IMG/VR virus record: IMGVR_UViG_2684622543_000013
Length of the DNA: 37,146 bases
Source: a virus
Taxonomy: Duplodnaviria; Heunggongvirae; Uroviricota; Caudoviricetes
Reading direction: 5' to 3' (one strand)
The notes below the pieces were generated by a model. It ran no database searches and had not been told where the DNA came from. It worked only from the letters and a program-made list of their open reading frames with translations. The position numbers were made by a program, and so were the translations under genes. Each line of letters begins with the position of its first letter. Position 1 is the stretch's first letter. Of this stretch, positions 28,167 through 36,328 are shown piece by piece.

Positions 28167-28583
28167 TTAACCCACATTTTTTAGCCGCTCAATTGTTGCG
28201 GATAATTCTTTAAGTTGTTTTTCCATTTCAATTACACGCTGTTTTTCTTCAGCGCCTCGCATGAGATCTCGGCGAACCTCTGGGTCTAGCTGATTTAGGA
28301 GTTCAAGCATTTTAAGATCAGCTGGACTGAAGTTTTGCGTTGCAGGTTCAATCGTCAATACCTCGCTCCTATCCTCGCCTTTACCTGTAAGTAACCAGTC
28401 AAGAGAAATACCCTTTTCCTCTGCAATGTTTATGCAAATTGAATAAGGCACAGAGTCTCGCTTTCTCCAGCTAGCTAAAGTCTGTCTATTAACATTCAGC
28501 ATACGAGCCAGCTCACTGTCGTTATCAACATTAAACAGTGACATTAGTCGCAGAAGCACTGCATTAATGTCCTTTTTATTCAT
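28167..28583 (-). CDS. Prophage repressor (CI-like HTH DNA-binding protein)
   Basis: 138-aa ORF; N-terminal HTH ...LARMLNVNRQTLASWRKRDSVPYSICINIAEEKGISLDWLLTGKG; transcribed divergently from the ner-like gene. Confidence 0.8.
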   Translation of the reverse strand: MNKKDINAVLLRLMSLFNVDNDSELARMLNVNRQTLASWRKRDSVPYSICINIAEEKGISLDWLLTGKGEDRSEVLTIEPATQNFSPADLKMLELLNQLDPEVRRDLMRGAEEKQRVIEMEKQLKELSATIERLKNVG

Positions 28584-28666
28584 TTCAAATAAATCCCACT
28601 TGAGTTATTCATTTTAAATAAGTACACTTATTCATATTGAGTACATCATAACCTAACAGGAACACG
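28576..28666. promoter_or_regulatory. Divergent repressor/early-promoter switch region with three direct repeats of TTATTCAT (28576-28583, 28605-28612, 28628-28635)
   Basis: AT-rich 83-bp intergenic region between divergent repressor and Ner-like genes; repeated 8-mers spaced 29 and 23 bp. Confidence 0.55.
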
Positions 28667-28897
28667 GTGCATATGAACAAACAACAGGTTCGGGCACGAC
28701 TGATTGAACGGGGCAGCAGCCTACGCCAGTTCGCGCTTAACGCTGGCTATGAGCCACGTACTGTTACCCAGGCAGTAAGCCGCTGGGCTGGCCGGAATGA
28801 GCTTCCCCGTGGGCGTCTGACGTATCGCATTCTGCGAGATCTGTCCGTCGTGATCGGTAAAGAAGTTACACCCGGCATCCTTCAGGAGGTGTCATGA
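28667..28897 (+). CDS. ner: Ner-like DNA-binding regulator (Ner/Nlp family); start may be ATG at 28673 rather than GTG at 28667
   Basis: Translation ...VRARLIERGSSLRQFALNAGYEPRTVTQAVSRWAG... fits the Ner/Nlp HTH family; first gene of the early operon. Confidence 0.8.
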   Translation: MHMNKQQVRARLIERGSSLRQFALNAGYEPRTVTQAVSRWAGRNELPRGRLTYRILRDLSVVIGKEVTPGILQEVS

Positions 28898-29199
28898 GAA
28901 AAGTAAATATTTCCAGCTCAGGTTCCCGCATTTTGCGTGTTCTTAAAGCTCTTCGCGGTCACACACTTAATGGGATCTCAAATGGTGAGCTGGCATTAGC
29001 ACTTGAAGATTCTCCGGCCAATATCAACCGTGCGTTAAATACACTGATCGAAGAAGGGCTAGCAATGAAGCTGGATAACGGTCGTTTTGCACCGGGCATC
29101 CAGCTTTTGCAGATCGCTGTTGCGTATAGCAACGAGATGAGCCGGGCACAGGATCGCATAAACGAAATTAACCAACGGGTATTAGCTGGTAGTCGATAA
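28894..29199 (+). CDS. Winged-helix DNA-binding protein (putative early regulator)
   Basis: 101-aa ORF with HTH-like ...LNGISNGELALALEDSPANINRALNTLIEEGLAM... Confidence 0.55.
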   Translation: MRKVNISSSGSRILRVLKALRGHTLNGISNGELALALEDSPANINRALNTLIEEGLAMKLDNGRFAPGIQLLQIAVAYSNEMSRAQDRINEINQRVLAGSR

Positions 29200-29208
29200 G
29201 GAATAAAA

Positions 29209-30117
29209 ATGGGACGCGAAAAAATACAACCTGCTGAATTAGTAGAAAATTCACAGCTATCCGATGATATAAACGTCAATCTTAATGCCATGGCTGAGCA
29301 TCGCCTTGAAATCATGCAGCAGTTTGGTGAAGGTCTGCCTTACGAACGTGATCGTATTGTCCATGAAACGAAGTTTTACATGGCACAATCGGCAGAAGCA
29401 ATGCTGGAAGCAGGTAAACGACTGATTATTCTTAAAGAATGTGAACCTCATGGCGATTTCACTCAAATAATTACAGAACAACTTGGTCTTGCGGAAAGAA
29501 CCGCCAGATTGGTCATGCAGGCAGCTGTTAAATATTGCTCACCAGAGTTGGAGTCAAAACGGCAAGCGCTTGCCGTTTTGGGAAAAACAAAGTTGTTTGA
29601 ACTTATGACTGAAGATGATGGAGACCTAGTTGAATTAGCTGATGGCGGTACGATCGCCGGTATGAGCCTTGATGATATTGATCGCATGACAAGTCGTGAA
29701 CTGAAGGCCGCACTGCGCGAAGCACGTGAGACCAACGCAGCACAACAGCGCGTTCTCGCCGATAAAAACGAGAAGATTGACACGCTCTCCACAAAGCTGG
29801 AGAAGAAATCCCGGATACAACCACCAAAACCCGACGAAGAAGTGAAGAAGTTGCGGGCAGAAGTGACCGCATTATCCACTGAGGCGGAATCTGCCATCAC
29901 TGTCCGCCTGTTCAGCGCCTTCGAGATCCTGAGCGCCTATTGCGCAGAAAACCAGATTGATACGCCGAAAGACTTTATGGCGGGACTGGTCTGCGAACTG
30001 GAGAGCGCTGCCCGCAACCTGCGTTCTGCATTTGATCTGCCGGATGTGCCGACCGGCAACGTTGCCCCTTCCTGGCTGACAGACCCGATACCTGAGATTA
30101 ACGGGCGGGAGGCATAA
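29209..30117 (+). CDS. Hypothetical early protein upstream of the transposase
   Basis: 302-aa ORF in the early operon with AGGAA-type spacing; acidic, coiled-coil-rich C-terminal half. Confidence 0.55.
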   Translation: MGREKIQPAELVENSQLSDDINVNLNAMAEHRLEIMQQFGEGLPYERDRIVHETKFYMAQSAEAMLEAGKRLIILKECEPHGDFTQIITEQLGLAERTARLVMQAAVKYCSPELESKRQALAVLGKTKLFELMTEDDGDLVELADGGTIAGMSLDDIDRMTSRELKAALREARETNAAQQRVLADKNEKIDTLSTKLEKKSRIQPPKPDEEVKKLRAEVTALSTEAESAITVRLFSAFEILSAYCAENQIDTPKDFMAGLVCELESAARNLRSAFDLPDVPTGNVAPSWLTDPIPEINGREA

Positions 30118-30120
30118 GCG

Positions 30121-31890
30121 ATGAGTGCTGCCCTGACTGAACGACTGGTTTCTGTTGCCCGCGCGGCACGTGACGCGGGGCATGGTAAACGTGGTGCAAT
30201 ATACGACGCCGCCTGCACAGAACTGGGTATATCCCGTGCCACACTGCTGCGCAAGCTGAAGGAGGTATCAGTGACTGACAAACGCAAAAAACGCGCTGAT
30301 GCAGGACGCAGCTCACTGAGCCGCGATGAAGCTGCGCTGATATCCGCCACACTGCGCGAAGCTACCCGTAAAAATGGCAAGCGCCTGTATTCCATCGCGG
30401 ATGCGGTGGAAACTCTGAGGTCAAACGGCTTTATAACTGCAGGCAGAACGGACGAGGCCACAGGCGAGTTTTTCCCGCTGTCCGATGACACCATCAGCCG
30501 CGCACTGCGTAACTATGGCCTGCACCCGGAACAGCTTGATGCACCGGCCCCATCTTCCGAGGTGGCAAGTCTGCACCCTAATCACGTCTGGGAGATTGAT
30601 GCGTCGCTTTGTACGCTTTACTACCTGAGTAACGGTCACAAGGGGCTGCAGGTGATGGACAGCGCGAAGTTCTACAAGAATAAGCCTGCCAACCTTGCAC
30701 ACATCGCCAGTGACCGGGTATGGAGCTATGAGATAACCGATCATACCAGCGGCTGGATTTATGTTGAGTACGTGATGGGTGCGGAATCCGGTGAAAACCT
30801 CTGTTCTGTGCTTATCAATGCGATGCAGGAACGCGGCGGTGCAGATGTGCTGCACGGCGTACCTAAAATACTCTACCTTGACCCCGGTTCGGCGAACACC
30901 GCCGGCATGACGAAAAACATGTGCCGCTCGCTGGGTATCGATCTGATAGCGCACAAGCCGCATAACGCCCGCGCTACCGGTCAGGTTGAAAAAGCCCGTG
31001 ACATTATCGAACGCAAGCTGGAACCGGGTCTGAAGTTCCGTCCGGTTAACAGCCTGGAAGAGCTGAACTCACTGGCTGTGAAATGGCGCAGTCACTTTAA
31101 TGCCACAGCAATCCACAGCCGTCACGGTAAAACCCGCACCGATATCTGGCTGAAAATCACGGCTGAACAGTTGCAGAAAGCGCCATCTGCAGAGGTCTGC
31201 CGTGAACTGGCGGTGGCGGCACCGGAACTCCGCAAAGTCACACCAAAACTGCGTGTATCGTTCCGTGGCACAGAGTTTGATGTGTCGGCGGTACCGGGCG
31301 TTCTGGTCGGCGAAAAACTGATGATTACCCGTAACCCATGGCGCAGCGATGTGGCACAGGTGGTACTGACCGGCGGGGACGGTCACGAGACATTCTTTCT
31401 GGTCGAAGAGGTCAGAAAGAACGAGTTTGGCTTTGCCGAAAGCGCGGCGGTGTTTGGCAAAAGCTATAAACCCCTGCCGGAGACTACGGCACAGACTGCT
31501 GCAAAAGAAATTGAAGAGCTGGTCACCGGTACGGATAACGCTGCTGATGCAGCGGCAGCCCGTAAGGCAAAAACGCTGCCGTTCGGCGGACGACTGGATC
31601 CATACAAACATATCGACGACACCACGCTTCCCGCCTATATGCCTAAACGCGGTCAGGTTTCAGATGTGCGCGGCCCGCGTATTGAGCTACGCCCGCTGAC
31701 CCATGTGGAGGCTGCGAAAATTCTGCGTGAAAAGTTCAGCCTGAACGGCCATACCTGGACGCCGGAACATTATCGCCGGTTAACGGCGGATTACCCGGAT
31801 GGTGTGCCGGAAGCCACACTGGATGAAGTGATGGTCGCCCTGACCACCCCGGCCCGCAACAGCGTTATCAGCATTGTTAACGGCAACTGA
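30121..31890 (+). CDS. DDE transposase (Mu/Tn552/retroviral-integrase superfamily)
   Basis: 589-aa ORF; candidate catalytic triad D (HVWEIDAS), D (ILYLDPGSA) and E (ATGQVEKA) with about 35-residue D-E spacing; followed by an AAA+ ATPase gene. Confidence 0.85.
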   Translation: MSAALTERLVSVARAARDAGHGKRGAIYDAACTELGISRATLLRKLKEVSVTDKRKKRADAGRSSLSRDEAALISATLREATRKNGKRLYSIADAVETLRSNGFITAGRTDEATGEFFPLSDDTISRALRNYGLHPEQLDAPAPSSEVASLHPNHVWEIDASLCTLYYLSNGHKGLQVMDSAKFYKNKPANLAHIASDRVWSYEITDHTSGWIYVEYVMGAESGENLCSVLINAMQERGGADVLHGVPKILYLDPGSANTAGMTKNMCRSLGIDLIAHKPHNARATGQVEKARDIIERKLEPGLKFRPVNSLEELNSLAVKWRSHFNATAIHSRHGKTRTDIWLKITAEQLQKAPSAEVCRELAVAAPELRKVTPKLRVSFRGTEFDVSAVPGVLVGEKLMITRNPWRSDVAQVVLTGGDGHETFFLVEEVRKNEFGFAESAAVFGKSYKPLPETTAQTAAKEIEELVTGTDNAADAAAARKAKTLPFGGRLDPYKHIDDTTLPAYMPKRGQVSDVRGPRIELRPLTHVEAAKILREKFSLNGHTWTPEHYRRLTADYPDGVPEATLDEVMVALTTPARNSVISIVNGN

Positions 31891-33058
31891 GGAGGAACAC
31901 ATGCTGGTATTGAAACAACAACTTAAAGAAGCCCGTATCCCGCAGGCGGTGGTGGCAAGAGCAGTTGCCGTCTCCGAGGCAACGCTTGCCCAGATTGTGA
32001 ACCATAATGAGTGGCCCCGCACCAGTCCGGAAGATGTGCGCCAGCGTTTGGCGTCTTATCTGGAAAGTAAGGGGATTGATACAAAAAAGAGTTTTGATGT
32101 CGCACAGGGCGCTGCTGCGCCCGGCACAGCGGGTACAACCAACCTCCGTGAGGAAGAGAACATGTTACTTAAAAAACAGGTGTTATTTCCGGGAACCAAA
32201 AAAGCCTTTGGCCTTTTCCGTGACCCGTTCGCCGATGAAGCCATGCAGGGAGCGGACGATGTGTTTACCACACCGGATATCCGTTACGTGCGGGAGGCGC
32301 TGTACCAGACTGCCCGCCACGGTGGCTTTATGGCAGTTATCGGTGAGTCCGGTGCGGGTAAATCCACGCTGCGCCGCGATCTGACTGAACGCATCAACCG
32401 CGAGAACGCACCGGTGATTATTATCGAGCCATACATCATCGCCATGGAAGACAACGACGTGAAGGGCAAAACCCTGAAGGCGGCAGCTATCGCCGAAGCC
32501 ATCATCAGCACTATCGCGCCGCTGGAAAACATCAAACGCAGCCAGGATGCCCGTTTCCGCCAGTTACACCGAGTCCTGAAGGACAGCAGCCAGGCTGGCT
32601 TCAGCCACGTTCTGGTGATTGAAGAGGCCCACAGTCTGCCTATCCCGACACTGAAGCACCTCAAACGTTTTTTTGAGCTGGAGTCCGGCTTCAAAAAACT
32701 GCTGTCCATCGTACTGATTGGCCAGCCTGAACTGGCCACCAAACTGTCCGAACGCAATATGGAAGTCCGTGAAGTCGTGCAGCGCTGCGAAGTGGTTGAA
32801 CTGCTGCCGCTGGACAACAGCCTTGAAGAGTTTCTGGCGTTCAAACTGCAACGTGCCGGTAAGCAGCTGGCTGACGTCATGGACGCAGGTGCAGTTGAGG
32901 CCATCCGTGCCCGCCTGAGCAATCCGGGCAGCAACCGTAAAAGCATGGTCAGCCTGCTGTATCCGCTGGCTGTCAGTAACCTGGTGATAGCTGCCATGAA
33001 TCTGGCCGCTGAAATCGGGGTTCCGCAGGTCAACGCCGACGTTGTTAAAGGAGTTTAA
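31874..33058 (+). CDS. Transposition target-capture ATPase (AAA+, MuB/TniB-like)
   Basis: Walker A GESGAGKST, Walker B-like HVLVIEEAH; N-terminal HTH; overlaps the transposase gene end. Confidence 0.8.
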   Translation: MLTATEEEHMLVLKQQLKEARIPQAVVARAVAVSEATLAQIVNHNEWPRTSPEDVRQRLASYLESKGIDTKKSFDVAQGAAAPGTAGTTNLREEENMLLKKQVLFPGTKKAFGLFRDPFADEAMQGADDVFTTPDIRYVREALYQTARHGGFMAVIGESGAGKSTLRRDLTERINRENAPVIIIEPYIIAMEDNDVKGKTLKAAAIAEAIISTIAPLENIKRSQDARFRQLHRVLKDSSQAGFSHVLVIEEAHSLPIPTLKHLKRFFELESGFKKLLSIVLIGQPELATKLSERNMEVREVVQRCEVVELLPLDNSLEEFLAFKLQRAGKQLADVMDAGAVEAIRARLSNPGSNRKSMVSLLYPLAVSNLVIAAMNLAAEIGVPQVNADVVKGV

Positions 33059-33060
33059 CC

Positions 33061-33330
33061 ATGAAATCGATCAGCGATATCAACCGGCAGATGAGTAATG
33101 TCTGTTCCGCCATTGCGGTACTCAACACCATGAACATGATTGTACAGAGCGTCATGATTGCAGGCAGTAAACCGGTTATCCGTATCTCCCGCAACGGCCA
33201 CTGTGCCCGTCTGCTGGAACAGGGAAAAGCGGGGTATACCCATACAGGCCATAACGGCTCAGGACGCTTTCGTCAGGGCTTCTTTGAACTGCATGGCTGC
33301 CGTATTACCTGGTCAGAATCATTACATTAA
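33061..33330 (+). CDS. Hypothetical early protein
   Basis: 89-aa ORF tightly packed after the ATPase gene. Confidence 0.4.
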   Translation: MKSISDINRQMSNVCSAIAVLNTMNMIVQSVMIAGSKPVIRISRNGHCARLLEQGKAGYTHTGHNGSGRFRQGFFELHGCRITWSESLH

Positions 33331-33347
33331 CCATAAGGTGAACAACG

Positions 33348-33959
33348 ATGAACGAAGTAAATAAAGAAGACTACATGAAAGACCGCAAGGGGCGGCTGGT
33401 GCCGGTTGACCAAGTATCTGACTATGACCTTGCGATGGATTCTTTCGTTAAAGAACAGGTTGCCGCCGCGAAGGTCAAACGCGATGAACTCAGTGATTTC
33501 AAACGCCGGGCTTTTGACGAATGCTATGCCTGGCTTGACCTTGTGGCCGAGAAGTACGGCAGAACACGTGGCGGAGCCAAAGGCAACGTGACCTTCAGCA
33601 GCTTCGACGGCAGTCAGCAGATAACCATCCGTGTGCAGGAAACCCTGACTTTCGGGCCGGAACTGCAGATTGCCAAAGACCTGATTGACGAGTGCGTCAC
33701 CGAGTGGTCTGAAGGTGCGAACGCCAACCTGAGAGCCATCATCAGCGATGCTTTCCAGGTGGACAAGGAAGGCCAGCTTAACACCGGTCGTATTCTTTCC
33801 CTGCGGCGGGTCAAAATTCAGGACGACCGCTGGAACCGAGCAATGGAAGCCATATCAGAATCACTGCAGGTGGCGATGTCCAAAACCTATATTAATTTTC
33901 GCGAAAAAGATAAACACGGAAAGCTGATTAATATCCCGTTAGATATCGCTGCTGTTTAA
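33348..33959 (+). CDS. Hypothetical early protein (conserved Mu-like early-region protein, possibly DUF3164-type)
   Basis: 203-aa ORF with AGG-containing upstream region; assignment by position only. Confidence 0.5.
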   Translation: MNEVNKEDYMKDRKGRLVPVDQVSDYDLAMDSFVKEQVAAAKVKRDELSDFKRRAFDECYAWLDLVAEKYGRTRGGAKGNVTFSSFDGSQQITIRVQETLTFGPELQIAKDLIDECVTEWSEGANANLRAIISDAFQVDKEGQLNTGRILSLRRVKIQDDRWNRAMEAISESLQVAMSKTYINFREKDKHGKLINIPLDIAAV

Positions 33960-34039
33960 TTTTTAATTCCGTTTCTTTTTATTTCGGCGTCAGCGCCGCG
34001 GGTTTCTGCACGCCGAAAACTGTCAGGAGACCATCTGTT

Positions 34040-34225
34040 ATGTCTGTCAAATGCAACCATTGTAAGCAAAACATCACCACACTGAAGCCGTGTGAGGCCA
34101 ATATTATCATCACCGGAAAATACCATGTACCGGCGGTTCTCATCACGCTGGTTTGTCCTCATTGCAGTCAGCATTATTACGCGGAAGTCCCGGTTATGGA
34201 ATTTATACCTTGCGAGGAAAAATAA
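34040..34225 (+). CDS. Small zinc-ribbon protein (two CxxC pairs)
   Basis: 61 aa with C5-x2-C8 and C39-x2-C42 (CNHC ... CPHC); GGAG ribosome-binding site upstream. Confidence 0.55.
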   Translation: MSVKCNHCKQNITTLKPCEANIIITGKYHVPAVLITLVCPHCSQHYYAEVPVMEFIPCEEK

Positions 34226-34497
34226 TGATCACGCCTAAAGAAGCAGAAAAAAGAACCCGTGAAATTGTCGCGGAATATATTAGTGAATGTGGCTGTGAAA
34301 ATCCTGACCATATCCGGCAGGTATTAATCAAATTAATCAGCATGGCGGCTCACGCCATTGTGGCAACCAACGGACTGGAACAAGCCACGAATGTTCTTCA
34401 TTCAACCAGCGATTACCTGCAAAAGCTGCCGCCGCTGTACAGAACGGAAATGACCGAGGACGGTCAGATAAAAATCATGGGTGTACCCCGCCATTAA
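34225..34497 (+). CDS. Hypothetical early protein; start at ATG overlapping the preceding stop (TAATG)
   Basis: 90-aa ORF MITPKEAEKRTREIVAEYISECGCENPDHIRQ... Confidence 0.45.
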   Translation: MITPKEAEKRTREIVAEYISECGCENPDHIRQVLIKLISMAAHAIVATNGLEQATNVLHSTSDYLQKLPPLYRTEMTEDGQIKIMGVPRH

Positions 34498-34512
34498 TGT
34501 GGAGAGAATAAG

Positions 34513-35022
34513 ATGAAAGGCATGAAATTATATAACCGCTCGACTCTCTACAGCATGGCTCTGAAAACTTTTGGCCCGGAAGCTCAGGCTATGAAGCTGA
34601 TTGAGGAGGCTGCAGAACTGGCCGCTGCCGCAGCCCGTAATATGAACGGATTGGGCAATGAGGTTGATTTGGCCGGGGAACTGGCTGACGTTGAAATAAT
34701 GACTGAACAATTCCGTCTTAACGGACTGGGTAAACTGATTGACTTCAAAAAACAGGTAAAGCTGGAACGTCTGGCCAAACGTATCGGATGTTCATACCGT
34801 ACAGCAGATGATATTCATCCTACCGGCAGTTATGACGGGCTGGCAGCATTAATTAAAAAACTACCCCGCCGTGAACTGCTTGAAGACTGGTGTGGTGCAG
34901 TTCCAAACAGTGCATTTATCGGGGCGACAGATCAGGAGATTGCGGTAATGTCCGAATTTATCCTCGCCATACTTGATCTGCAGAATACCGGAATATTCGG
35001 GGGACCTTATGCAGGAAAATAA
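34513..35022 (+). CDS. MazG-like nucleoside triphosphate pyrophosphohydrolase domain protein (N-terminal domain) with uncharacterised C-terminal region
   Basis: Motifs LIEEAAELAAAA and GELADVEIM resemble the EExxE...ExxD metal-binding signature of all-alpha NTP pyrophosphatases. Confidence 0.5.
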   Translation: MKGMKLYNRSTLYSMALKTFGPEAQAMKLIEEAAELAAAAARNMNGLGNEVDLAGELADVEIMTEQFRLNGLGKLIDFKKQVKLERLAKRIGCSYRTADDIHPTGSYDGLAALIKKLPRRELLEDWCGAVPNSAFIGATDQEIAVMSEFILAILDLQNTGIFGGPYAGK

Positions 35023-35698
35023 TGAAAAGATACTGGATAAATTAAAAAAACTCCTGGCACTTTCCAAATCAGATAATCCCCATGAAGCAGCGGTTGCGTT
35101 ACAGCGGGCCCAGAAACTGATGAGTGCATATGGTATTACGCAACATGATATTGCGCTCAGTGATATAGATGAAAGCATCAGTAGCTACTGGGCGGCTGGC
35201 AGTGTTAATCCGCCGTGTTATATGCTGGGTCTGCTGGATATTATCCAGGCGGCATTTGGCGTTAAGTCTATTATCCATTCCGGCTTTAAACCCGGCGTTG
35301 GTTTTTACGGTAATAAAGACCGGGTTGAACTTGCCTCATATACATGGGAAGTCCTGGCAAGACAATTAATTGCAGCCCGTAAAAACTATATCCGTCAGCA
35401 GAATAAGCAGATCATGAATAAGACCAAGACCAGCCGTGGTGACAAATTTGCCGAAGGTTGGGTACTGGCTGTACGCAGCGAGGTTCAGTTATTCGCAATG
35501 ACCCGCGAAGAAAGAGAACTGGCAAGCCTCTGGCTTGAACAAAAATACCCTGACTCAGGAACAACTTCCGGACGTCAGGCCGGAAAATCCCGTGATGGGG
35601 ATGTCTCCCGCATTACCGGTTACAAAGAGGGGAAAAACGTCCTGTTGCATCAGCCTGTCAATGGCCAGGAACAGCAGAAGCTGGGGAGTGGCTTATGA
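35009..35698 (+). CDS. DUF2786-domain early protein; start taken at ATG 35009
   Basis: N-terminus MQENNEKILDKLKKLLALSKSDNPHEAAVALQRAQKLMSAYGIT matches the DUF2786 pattern. Confidence 0.55.
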   Translation: MQENNEKILDKLKKLLALSKSDNPHEAAVALQRAQKLMSAYGITQHDIALSDIDESISSYWAAGSVNPPCYMLGLLDIIQAAFGVKSIIHSGFKPGVGFYGNKDRVELASYTWEVLARQLIAARKNYIRQQNKQIMNKTKTSRGDKFAEGWVLAVRSEVQLFAMTREERELASLWLEQKYPDSGTTSGRQAGKSRDGDVSRITGYKEGKNVLLHQPVNGQEQQKLGSGL

Positions 35699-35910
35699 TG
35701 GCTGAATCTGTTGTATTTTACCTGTTCTGGTATGGTCTCGCGGGATGGTGCACTGCTGAGTTGCACCGCCATTCAGGGTTTTACTCACGTTGCAGCAGCT
35801 ACGGACGCTGGTTCTGTTGGGCCGTTACATTCATGTGCTGGCCTGCTGCTCTTCCTTTATATGTCGATTATATTGGCGACGCAGGAAAAAGGAACGGAGA
35901 TGATGAATAA
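35695..35910 (+). CDS. Small hydrophobic protein
   Basis: 71-aa ORF with two hydrophobic stretches; start overlaps the preceding stop. Confidence 0.4.
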   Translation: MMAESVVFYLFWYGLAGWCTAELHRHSGFYSRCSSYGRWFCWAVTFMCWPAALPLYVDYIGDAGKRNGDDE

Positions 35911-36328
35911 ACAGCGCCTTATTCAACTCATTCACATAGCCCGCAGTGACCTCCGGATGGATGAGGATACCTACCGGCAGATGCTGCAGGGCCTGACCGG
36001 TAAGGCCTCAACCAAAGGAATGGATGCCATACAGCTAAACCGCGTTCTGGAATCCATGAAAAAGAAAGGCTTTCGTATTAAGCCTGCCGGGAAAGGTAAG
36101 TCCGGTTTACCGCTGGATAACCATCCGCAGTCAAAGAAAATCCGGGCGCTGTGGCTTGAGATGTCTGCGGCTGGCATCGTGCGCGACAGTTCAGAGCAGG
36201 CGCTGGCGCTGTGGGTCAAACGGGAAACGGGTATCAGCGCGTTACGCTGGCTCAGCAGTGAGCAGGCTGGCAGCGTGATTGAGAAGCTGAAAAAGTGGCA
36301 GCGCAGAGCTGCGGGGAGGAAGCAATGA
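35900..36328 (+). CDS. GemA-like protein (Mu gp16 family, DUF1018); start taken at ATG 35900
   Basis: Translation MMNKQRLIQLIHIARSDLRMDEDTYRQMLQGLTGKAS...RALWLEMSAAGIVRDSSEQALALWVKRETGISALRWLSSEQAGSVIEKLKKW. Confidence 0.7.
   Translation: MMNKQRLIQLIHIARSDLRMDEDTYRQMLQGLTGKASTKGMDAIQLNRVLESMKKKGFRIKPAGKGKSGLPLDNHPQSKKIRALWLEMSAAGIVRDSSEQALALWVKRETGISALRWLSSEQAGSVIEKLKKWQRRAAGRKQ

Noticed and set aside
30421-33033. Minus-strand ORFs of 180-249 aa antisense to the transposase and ATPase genes
   Set aside because: They overlap strongly supported plus-strand genes with clear catalytic motifs; no independent support.
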